From positions 1 through 36,733 of the forward strand of contig JAKLKB010000059.1 of the NCBI GenBank assembly GCA_023150835.1: 36,733 nt of DNA, written 5' to 3'. The notes beneath the pieces were generated by a model. That model worked only from the letters and a program-made list of their open reading frames with translations, was not told the DNA's origin and made no database searches. How positions within the stretch are numbered: the stretch's first letter is position 1; the number at the start of each line of letters is the position of its first letter. Made by a program: the position numbers and the translations under genes. Source of the DNA: Myxococcota bacterium (lineage in GTDB: Bacteria; Myxococcota_C; UBA6777). Shown here piece by piece: positions 28,849 to 36,733 of the stretch.

Positions 28849-29568
28849 ATGACGCTCCCCCATGCCTTTCCTCTCCTAGCTCCCTCACCCAAAGCACACC
28901 CCTTGTGGCTTGTTTTCTTCTTCTGCGTCTTCTGCATCCCAAACAGCCTCCATGCCCAACTCCAACGCCTCGATATCCTTGCGGGTGGGCAGATCATCGG
29001 TGCTTCGTTGGCGTTGCCGATCTCCCATCGTGCCGAACTCTTCCTTAACAAACGTTGGAACGTTCACGCGATGCGGGTGTACCTCTCGCACGCCACGCTC
29101 CGCGTCCATCCACACGGCCAAGTCCACCTCGAAGCCACACGCACTCACCCCCGATTCGCCTTGCGCTACGATCTCCAACGCCGACTCCAGCGCATCGATC
29201 GCTACACGCTCGAATACAACGACCTCGGGCGGATCCAACGCATCGGAAAAATACAGTTCACCTACGATAAGTTCGGTCGCATCGAACAGATCGACACACT
29301 ACAACTGCGCTACGATATCAACGCACGCCTCACTCACCTCGGAACGCTTCTCCTACGCTACGGGAACAACCAAAAACCCCAACAGATCGGCGACATCAAA
29401 CTCACTTATGACGACCAAGACCGACTTCAACAGATCGACACCCAACGCCTTCGCTACGATGGCCTTAACGCCCAGATCATCTCCATCCAAGGACACCTCG
29501 AATCTCCCCGATTGATCGTGCATTGGGATCTCAAAGAAACAGGAAGGCGCCTACAATACGGCGACTAG
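28849..29568 (+). CDS. Secreted protein with 16-aa YD-like repeats
   Basis: GGAG RBS, signal peptide, seven LxYDxxxRxxxI(G/D) units. Confidence 0.75.
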   Translation: MTLPHAFPLLAPSPKAHPLWLVFFFCVFCIPNSLHAQLQRLDILAGGQIIGASLALPISHRAELFLNKRWNVHAMRVYLSHATLRVHPHGQVHLEATRTHPRFALRYDLQRRLQRIDRYTLEYNDLGRIQRIGKIQFTYDKFGRIEQIDTLQLRYDINARLTHLGTLLLRYGNNQKPQQIGDIKLTYDDQDRLQQIDTQRLRYDGLNAQIISIQGHLESPRLIVHWDLKETGRRLQYGD

Positions 29569-29782
29569 TACACGCCTCAAACAAAACCGCTCGTGGAATG
29601 TCGCGGCCCCTGCACAACGAAAAACCATTCGCCCCTTGACTACTCTCACTTGAAACGTAACCTTTGCCGTCGCTCAACGGCTGCCTCGGATGCTCCCGCT
29701 GGATGCGCAATTTTGCACCGCACCTCGAAACGCAAGGCGGCTGGTCATTCCCCACAAACAGAAACACAGAAAGGTTCGCCCC

Positions 29783-30214
29783 GTGAACAAAACACAAAAA
29801 AATCGCGCCATCTTGATCGAAAAACTCAACCAGATCTTGGCTTGGGAGAAACGCGCCGAAGCGATGTATTCGCACTACGCCGCGTATGTGAAAGGACTCC
29901 ATCGCTTGCACCTCAAGCCCTTCTTTGAAGGCGAAGCCAACGAATCCACCCTCCATGCTCGCCAAGTCCGCGAAGCCATCGTCCACCTTGGCGGTGTCGC
30001 CATCACCGAACAAGATCCCACCGCGATCAAGCACACCACCAACTACCGCGAGATGTTGGCCGAAGCCTTGGAAACCGAAAAGCGCGCTGGAGCGGGATAC
30101 GCAGGACTGCTCGAACACATCGATGAAAATGACGAACTCTACGATGTGTTGCAACAGATCCACTTCGCCGAAGAACGCAGCCTGATCGAACTCAACCACC
30201 TCCTCGACGGCTGA
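29783..30214 (+). CDS. Ferritin-like (bacterioferritin-type) protein
   Basis: LNQILAWE..Y..ESTLHA..IVHLGG..LETEKRA..Y..EE four-helix pattern; GTG start after GAAAGG. Confidence 0.85.
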   Translation: MNKTQKNRAILIEKLNQILAWEKRAEAMYSHYAAYVKGLHRLHLKPFFEGEANESTLHARQVREAIVHLGGVAITEQDPTAIKHTTNYREMLAEALETEKRAGAGYAGLLEHIDENDELYDVLQQIHFAEERSLIELNHLLDG

Positions 30215-30292
30215 TTTTACGATGTGTTGCAATCGCTCCACTTCGCCGAAGAACGCAGCCTGATCGAACTCAACCACCTCCTCGACGGCTGA
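30140..30292 (+). repeat. Tandem duplication of the last 75 bp of the ferritin-like gene
   Basis: 30140-30214 vs 30218-30292 match at 72/75; period 78. Confidence 0.95.
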
Positions 30293-30361
30293 GACGAGAT
30301 CATCCCCGACCTCCGCATACATCCACCGACCTTCCCATCCCCCATCCCCAAAAGGCCGAGA

Positions 30362-32863
30362 TCAACGCACCTTATCGAAGAACATCAAGACAGATTTGAC
30401 GCGACCAAAAGCAGGGATACGCACTTTGCCTTGTTTTGCACCTTGGATCAGCTCACACACCGAAAGATGGGCTGTTTGGCCGATCTGTTGGACATCCGGA
30501 TCGCGTCGCATCCCGATCCCCACGCGGATCGGTAAAAATGGCACGCGCACGCTTTGATCGACAGAAAGATTTAGCCCCACCGAAAAGTCCGACACTTCGA
30601 GCGTAAACGTCGTGTCTTGTCGGATCGGGATCAATCGATGGCTTTGATAGATGGCCTTAAGGCGATGGTGCGCAACAGGCGTCTCAAGCTTTTGACTTCC
30701 CAACCAAACCGTCAAAAACGGTGAAGGCAGTTTCATTGAGCCGATCCCTGTATGCCAAGGTTTCCCATCAGCGCGGGTCTCCGTCACATCGACCTCTGCG
30801 ATACGCACGCGATACACACCTTCGCAGCGCGGATCACTGACCACTTGTTGTAAGGGTTCGATCTTGAGTTCCAACATCTCAACTTGACCGAACGACCGCA
30901 AGATCAAACGCCCCCCCTCCACAAACACCCGAGGAAGATGCGGTGTTGAAAAACGCCCGATCGGATCTTCGGCCCACCGCTGGATCAGTTCTCGCGTCGA
31001 GCGATACGTCCCCAAAAAGTCGTGTGCCACGGTCTCATCATCATCCGTCACCGTCACCGTGAGCGGCTCGTTGCCTCGAATACGAAAGACGTGCGAGGCA
31101 TTCCACTCCGGATGAACCGTGTTGTTGAGCGTTGGTGTAATGAACACATCGTAATCGCCAAGCTGGATCTTCACCCGAGGATCAGGCGCACGACGGCCTT
31201 CGCTCAACCTCTTGAAATCTTCGTTTTGCGTGTAGATCGAGATATCTTGCAGCCCGCGTGGTGGAAGACTCGGCGTACCCGCCCCCGGACAACCATCCCA
31301 ACAATCGCCTTTTTCGTTGAGCGGCCACAAGCGGGCTTTTACCACCGTCACCCGCACAAATTGCACAGAAGGCGGGATCGCAAAAGGCTTTTGCGTGATC
31401 GGCAAATTCGCCTCAAACTGCTTCAAACGCTCCATATGCACAAACACCCGCTCGACTTGCCCGAATGTCGGGATCTCCCAAACTCCGCCATCTTCCCAAA
31501 CCGCCGCAGGAAGGCCATGTCCGCGATAGACACCGATCTCTTCCGAAGAAAAGGCGTCCTTGTCAAGCAATCTGATCTCGATCCGATCATCCTTCCCAAG
31601 ACGCACAAACTCGGGCTTTTTCCACACAGGCTGCAAGGTATCTTGGCGCACATCCGTTTTCCACGCATGGCCGCCCATCTTGATCTCCGCCCACGGATCA
31701 GGCGCTCCTGCGCCCGAGGCCACCTCCCGAAAACTTGGCTGCGTATAATACGGCGTAAACTCACGCAAACCACGCGGCGGAAGCTCCTTCACTTTCCCCC
31801 AACAATCCCAACACTGTTGCGATACTTTCACCGGCCAGATCTGCGCACGGATCATCGAGATCCGAAACAATCGCTTGGGTTGCGCTACAGGCCGCATCTC
31901 TTCCGTACGTGCGGTCTTTTCAGCTACAGCCTTTTTGGTTTCGCTCTTTTCGGCTTTTGTGTCGGTGGCCTTAGGAGATGCTGTAATCTTCGAGACATCC
32001 GTCTTTTGTGCAGTCTCTTTGGGAGTTTGTTTCGCGATCTCTTTGGGCGTTTGCTTCGTGGTCTGTTTGGGCGTTTCTTGCGCGGTCTTTTTGGCAGTCA
32101 GTTCATGGGCGAGAGTCCTTGGCACAGGCGCAACACTCGGTGAATTGGGCTTGTTCTTGTCTTGTGCAGAGGTTGAGGGCGAGTTGGGTTCTGTTCCACG
32201 CGCATACACCACTGCCCCTGAAGGCTCGGCCAGCTTTAACGCGGCCATCGGCATCACAGAAGGGCTTCTCGCGATCTTGCTCTCTTTCTTTTCGACGTTC
32301 AAACGAACGATCTTGAATTCGATCGACTCCACTTGCATTACTTTGCGCAAGATCAGCCGCCCACCTTCCAATATCTCGCGTGGAAGGCGTTCTTCTTCGA
32401 CGCGTCCGATCCGATCGCTTCCCCAAGCGTCCACGTCCTCGACCTGCACCTCAAAGCGATCGGTGGGTTTTACCCGCAATAACTTTGTGACCTCCCAAGT
32501 TGGTTGCGTGGTGTTTTTGACGACAGGTGTCACGATCTGATGCGGTCCGATGCGCAAAATCACCCGAACATCGGGCGCTTTCCAGCCTGTCGTCATCTGG
32601 CGGAAACCTGTATGCCGCAGATAATGGGCGTAGGGATGAAACCCCCGCTCAGGCAACGATATCTTGCCCCACCCACAGGCATCCCAACACTCGCCTGTCG
32701 CTTTCACCGGCCAGATCTTCGCTCCCACGATCGAAAGGCGCACCCAAACCCCTTCTTCTTCTATCGGCTTGGCCCCCACAGGCAAGGGAACAGATATCCC
32801 CAAAAAGCCGAACAATCCAAGCAAAAACAACCCGATCTTGTTTTGTTTTGAGTGGTTCGACAT
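30362..32863 (-). CDS. Secreted protein with four C2-like domains
   Basis: Signal peptide; three repeats of R.....A.IWP....CWD..APD......T.....T..P.W......D.D.....IG plus a more divergent fourth. Confidence 0.8.
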   Translation of the reverse strand: MSNHSKQNKIGLFLLGLFGFLGISVPLPVGAKPIEEEGVWVRLSIVGAKIWPVKATGECWDACGWGKISLPERGFHPYAHYLRHTGFRQMTTGWKAPDVRVILRIGPHQIVTPVVKNTTQPTWEVTKLLRVKPTDRFEVQVEDVDAWGSDRIGRVEEERLPREILEGGRLILRKVMQVESIEFKIVRLNVEKKESKIARSPSVMPMAALKLAEPSGAVVYARGTEPNSPSTSAQDKNKPNSPSVAPVPRTLAHELTAKKTAQETPKQTTKQTPKEIAKQTPKETAQKTDVSKITASPKATDTKAEKSETKKAVAEKTARTEEMRPVAQPKRLFRISMIRAQIWPVKVSQQCWDCWGKVKELPPRGLREFTPYYTQPSFREVASGAGAPDPWAEIKMGGHAWKTDVRQDTLQPVWKKPEFVRLGKDDRIEIRLLDKDAFSSEEIGVYRGHGLPAAVWEDGGVWEIPTFGQVERVFVHMERLKQFEANLPITQKPFAIPPSVQFVRVTVVKARLWPLNEKGDCWDGCPGAGTPSLPPRGLQDISIYTQNEDFKRLSEGRRAPDPRVKIQLGDYDVFITPTLNNTVHPEWNASHVFRIRGNEPLTVTVTDDDETVAHDFLGTYRSTRELIQRWAEDPIGRFSTPHLPRVFVEGGRLILRSFGQVEMLELKIEPLQQVVSDPRCEGVYRVRIAEVDVTETRADGKPWHTGIGSMKLPSPFLTVWLGSQKLETPVAHHRLKAIYQSHRLIPIRQDTTFTLEVSDFSVGLNLSVDQSVRVPFLPIRVGIGMRRDPDVQQIGQTAHLSVCELIQGAKQGKVRIPAFGRVKSVLMFFDKVR

Positions 32864-33075
32864 GTGCAACCTCCTCTCTGCTTTGCGCTTCCCCTGCGTC
32901 ACCGCTGTGTCCGGTCAAGCCCTTGATCACCAAGAACCGCCAAAAAGCGCCTACTCCTCTCGCAACATAAGACCGGCCCCACACCCCCGCAATCCGCCCC
33001 TTCACTTGCTCGCTTCTCCCACCCACTTCTCGCACCGCTTCTCCCACCGCGATCGTATGGTTTTTCGGATCGCGA

Positions 33076-34911
33076 TCAGCCTGTCGGTGGTGATTTTTCT
33101 TCGATCTCCCCTCGAAAAAAATGGCTCCCTTCATAGCGTGAGAGGGCCTCTCTCAAAAACACCTTGACCACCGCAGCCATCGGCACAGCCAACAAGATCC
33201 CCACGATCCCAAACAACTTCCCCCCCACCAAGATCGCGATCATCACGACCAGTTCAGACATCCCTGTGTGTTCTCCCACGACTTTTGGCGTGAACACAAA
33301 CACGTCGCACATGTGGATCGTAAACATCCCGATCAACACAATAAAAAATTGCCACTGCAATTGAAATTGAATCAAAGCAACCGTCAGCGCGATCAAATAG
33401 GTGATAAAAAAGCCAAGGTAAGGGATGACGTTAATCAGCGCACCGAGCAACGCAATAGCCGGAGCCATCGGCACTTGTACAGCGGAAAGCACGATCATAT
33501 AGCACGAACCAACGATCATTGAGACCGTGATCTGCCCACGAATAAATCCCGATATCATCTGATCGATCTCACGCAAACGGCCCAACGCCCAACCCCGCAT
33601 ACGCGGGGGAATCGATTTGACCACCCTTTCCTCTACATGTTTGTAATCTTTGAGAAAATAAAATGTGAACAGCGGAATAAACAGAAAGTTGAAAAGGGCG
33701 ATCAACAGCGTCACACCGCTCAAAAAGATCGACGAAAAAAACTGCGTGAGCGGCTTGACCATGCTTGGGACGTATTTTTGGATCTGTTCGCCCCATTGTG
33801 TGATCGCTTCGGTGAAATTTTTGGGAAAATGGAATTTGAAATTGACTTCCGCCCACACTTTAAGTTTGTTTAGCGCGGTCGGAAGTTGCTGCATCAAGCG
33901 CGCAAACTCATCAAACGAGTGCGATAACGCCGGCAACAACAGCAACACCACTGACACCAACAGCACCACCAACAACAACACAAACATCGAGATCGCCGCG
34001 CTTCGGCTGATCCCGAGCTTTTCCATCCGCACCACCAACGGGTTCAACAGATACGCCACGCCCAAAGAAAACAAGATCGGCGTCAACACAGGACTCAAGT
34101 AATAGGTCATAAACAACAAAAAGATCAGCAACAACGCGATTACAAACGTGCGGATGTACACCATCTCCGAGATCTGCAACGACAGCGGCAACACTCCGTG
34201 ATCACGAACGCCCGCCCGCAAACGAATCGGACCCATCCCAAGCCCCGAGCCATCGACTGATTGCGTAAAAACGATCTCTTCCAACTCGACTTCTTCAGGA
34301 GGCCGCAACGGTGAAATATTGTGTTTTTTGATCGTCACCAACGGTCGCCCCGCTGCCGACAGTCCGTCTATCGAACGTCCCGAATACATCGGGCCATACA
34401 AATCTTCCTCCGCCTCGACGCTCTCTTTCGTATCTCCGTCAACATCCCCACCAACATTCTCCTCGGCCTCTGCGTCGGTATCCTCTGTTTTCTCTTTTTT
34501 GCGTTGCTCGGCTTGTGACGACGCTTCCGCCTCGATCTGCTCCTTGATGCGCTCCTCCCACAGATCGGTCTCTGGCGATGCCCCCGCATCGAACGTCACA
34601 TCCACGCCCAATACCTCACCCACCTCTTCTTTCTTCGATGCCTGTGCGGTGTGAGCGGTCGTTTCGAGACGAACGGGATCTTTGGTTGGAGGAGATATCT
34701 CTCTTTGATTTTTTGCGATATCGACCGAGCGTGCGGCGTATTCTGCTGCGCTTCCCGATCTGTGGAGAGAGGAAGGGGCTGTTGTTTTGGAAACAGGCGG
34801 TCGAGGCGATTCGGGATCTCCCGCAAGTGCATCGGCTGTTGTTTTGGGGCGTGGTGGCTCGTGCTGTTTTTGAGAAGCAGGCGGCGCAGACTTATTCTTT
34901 TTACGACCCAT
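33076..34911 (-). CDS. AI-2E family transporter with long disordered N-terminus
   Basis: LTPILFSLGVAYLLNPLV, FIRGQ, IPYLG, GGKLFGIVGILLAVP. Confidence 0.92.
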   Translation of the reverse strand: MGRKKNKSAPPASQKQHEPPRPKTTADALAGDPESPRPPVSKTTAPSSLHRSGSAAEYAARSVDIAKNQREISPPTKDPVRLETTAHTAQASKKEEVGEVLGVDVTFDAGASPETDLWEERIKEQIEAEASSQAEQRKKEKTEDTDAEAEENVGGDVDGDTKESVEAEEDLYGPMYSGRSIDGLSAAGRPLVTIKKHNISPLRPPEEVELEEIVFTQSVDGSGLGMGPIRLRAGVRDHGVLPLSLQISEMVYIRTFVIALLLIFLLFMTYYLSPVLTPILFSLGVAYLLNPLVVRMEKLGISRSAAISMFVLLLVVLLVSVVLLLLPALSHSFDEFARLMQQLPTALNKLKVWAEVNFKFHFPKNFTEAITQWGEQIQKYVPSMVKPLTQFFSSIFLSGVTLLIALFNFLFIPLFTFYFLKDYKHVEERVVKSIPPRMRGWALGRLREIDQMISGFIRGQITVSMIVGSCYMIVLSAVQVPMAPAIALLGALINVIPYLGFFITYLIALTVALIQFQLQWQFFIVLIGMFTIHMCDVFVFTPKVVGEHTGMSELVVMIAILVGGKLFGIVGILLAVPMAAVVKVFLREALSRYEGSHFFRGEIEEKSPPTG

Positions 34912-35028
34912 CGGATGACCTCTCTTTTGTTTCCGTCAAGGCGTTTTAACACAACAAAGCTTGTGCGCCAAAAGCAACACAAGCCTCGACCCGAAACAGC
35001 CCTTGCCCCCGATCAGAAAAACGCTGTT

Positions 35029-35514
35029 TTAGTTGCAAGTCGGACAGCTTGATTGGCAAGCAAAAGTCCAGCGCGTCTTGTCTTGTTCGCAAGTTCGGAT
35101 GCCATCTTGGGTTTCTTTGAGGCAGCTTTTGAGTGCTTCGCCGAGAGGGGTTTGGCAGGTTGCGTAGCACTTTTCTTTGATCGTTCCGCAACCTTCTCTG
35201 TTGTAGCAGAGCACAGGATCATTTTTGTCTTTGCAGTTCGCGTAGCACTTGTCAGCATCCGAACATTCGAGTTTTCGAACGCAACGACGCCCATTTTTGT
35301 GGGCTTCCTTGATACATCGGTGACGTCGCTTCAACACGTCTTTTCGACACTTTCGCTCACGCACAGCCGCTTTCGCAAGGCAGCGCTTCTTGCATGTATC
35401 GCGTTTGCGCAAACATCGTTGCGTTTGATTCGGCTTGGCCGCAACCTCCGTCCTCCAACAACCCCAACACACCACGAACACCAACCAACCACTCAACAGA
35501 TAACGTCCTCGCAT
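35029..35514 (-). CDS. Small secreted Cys/Lys-rich protein
   Basis: Signal peptide followed by regularly spaced Cys in helical-looking segments. Confidence 0.7.
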   Translation of the reverse strand: MRGRYLLSGWLVFVVCWGCWRTEVAAKPNQTQRCLRKRDTCKKRCLAKAAVRERKCRKDVLKRRHRCIKEAHKNGRRCVRKLECSDADKCYANCKDKNDPVLCYNREGCGTIKEKCYATCQTPLGEALKSCLKETQDGIRTCEQDKTRWTFACQSSCPTCN

Positions 35515-35657
35515 CGACTTCCCTTCTTCTTTCCTTTGGGTGCAGCATCCCTCGTGAAGCTCTACATGGAACTTTCGGCAGCATAACGAAAAGCACAAAC
35601 GGATGCAACAATACGATCCATTTCACCCACCCAGCCCCGCCCCTGCGGATCACAACC

Positions 35658-36404
35658 TCACCTCTCCCCAGCGATAAAATTAAACATCCGCCCGCAACGC
35701 CCGCCGCTTGCACGGTGCGAAAAAAAACGAGACGAAACATCCGAGACGGTGCAGCCATGAACGTGATCGATCTGTTCCCTCGGAACTCCCGCACGCTCTA
35801 GCTGCGCGACCAACGCACCGCGCAGATCGACCAGATGCCGACCTTCTGCGCTTGGATCAGGACGTGCGGCTTCTGCAAAATGCGCCGCCACCTCGTCCCC
35901 GACTTGGAAGACCTCGGCGCTGATATGCGGGCCGATCGCCACAAAGATATCGGGGGACGATACCCGCGCACGCAAACGCTCGATCACCCGCACCGCGATC
36001 TCAGACACCACACCCCGCCAACCCGCATGGATCGCCGCAACGGCTCGACTTTTTCGCTCCGCCAGCAACAACGGCACACAGTCCGCTGTTTTGACCCCCA
36101 CCACCAGCCCCGACACAAACGACAACAGCGCATCCGCCTGTTCGTTGGCCGTCGGTTGTTCTGCTTCTTCACAAAGCACCACACGATCCGAATGGATCTG
36201 CGTCACACTTCGGATCTGTTCGCGTTGCACTTCCAAACGCGAAGCGAGCAAGCGAAGATTCTCTTCGACAGCATCGGCTCGATCACCCGTCGATGTCGAA
36301 AAATTCCAAGAAGCATACGCCCCTTCGCTCACTCCGCCTGCTCGCGTTGTAAAACCGTGTTTGGGAAAACCGACTTCTTCCAAAAGGGATGAACGCAACC
36401 ACAT
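35658..36404 (-). CDS. pgeF: Peptidoglycan editing factor PgeF (YfiH family)
   Basis: HGFTTRAGGVS, QIHS, TADCVPLLL, IHAGWRG, IGPHI, FFSHR. Confidence 0.95.
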   Translation of the reverse strand: MWLRSSLLEEVGFPKHGFTTRAGGVSEGAYASWNFSTSTGDRADAVEENLRLLASRLEVQREQIRSVTQIHSDRVVLCEEAEQPTANEQADALLSFVSGLVVGVKTADCVPLLLAERKSRAVAAIHAGWRGVVSEIAVRVIERLRARVSSPDIFVAIGPHISAEVFQVGDEVAAHFAEAARPDPSAEGRHLVDLRGALVAQLERAGVPREQIDHVHGCTVSDVSSRFFSHRASGGRCGRMFNFIAGER

Positions 36405-36454
36405 GATGCCTCACACAACGTTTTCCATGATCGGAAGTGATCTGCTTGGAGAAT

Positions 36455-36565
36455 ACGAAATCCGCCTGTCGTGTGATCGTAAAGATGCAGGGACAGACAG
36501 GTGTGGCTGCCCGATCACAGGGTGTCTCCGCGCCCATCTTCGATAACACGTCTCGCGGATTTCGT
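36455..36565 (+). repeat. MITE-like module B, copy 3, with perfect 11 bp TIRs
   Basis: ACGAAATCCGC (36455-36465) and GCGGATTTCGT (36555-36565). Confidence 0.8.
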
Positions 36566-36574
36566 GTAAGTTTC

Positions 36575-36698
36575 GTGGGGCTTTGCCCCACACCCCACAA
36601 GGGAGTCCGCTCCCTTGACCCCGTGTTTGGCGGAACGAACAGATGTTTTTCAAACAAACAACGGCTCCGCTTGGACGAGCCCGAACACGGGAGTTGTT
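36575..36698 (+). repeat. Repeat A, copy 7
   Basis: GTGGGGCTTTGCCCCAC, CCCTTGACCCCGTG..., CGAACACGGG. Confidence 0.88.
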
Positions 36699-36733
36699 GA
36701 TAGGGGGAAGATTTGTCGTTCTCACGTATGCTT

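Noticed and set aside
31990-32090. KQTPKE-type repeats (also ANKAT repeats near 25730)
   Set aside because: Ordinary low-complexity linker expansions.

Overview
Bacterial chromosomal segment, probably from a Myxococcota-like organism (inferred from Cys-rich, C2, WD40 and Ser/Thr kinase proteins). About 27 genes are recognisable: a FecA-like TonB-dependent receptor, DUF971, purK-purE, alpha/beta hydrolases, DUF433, a TPR protein, Smr, a Cys-rich/WD40 protein, a lone BMC shell protein next to a bifunctional aldolase/SDR, a USP, a phosphotransferase plus P-loop kinase pair, a Ser/Thr kinase, a ferritin-like protein, a multi-C2 protein, an AI-2E transporter and pgeF. A non-autonomous IS200/IS605-type element carrying an apparently intact IscB and its omegaRNA interrupts a hydrolase gene. 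Its right end and the centre of the host gene have been deleted, and an orphan right end of the same type abuts the BMC start codon. Intergenic DNA is densely populated by a modular repeat family: seven ~125 bp REP-like structured elements, a TIR-bounded MITE-like module and a third module. The most unusual signal is an inside-out CRISPR-like unit: a 36 bp CRISPR-repeat-like sequence flanked by a perfect 36 bp duplication of host coding DNA, in frame inside the TPR gene, with a second degenerate example at 22.7 kb. No cas genes, true CRISPR array, rRNA or tRNA were seen. Functional calls come from motif recognition only; no database searches were run.
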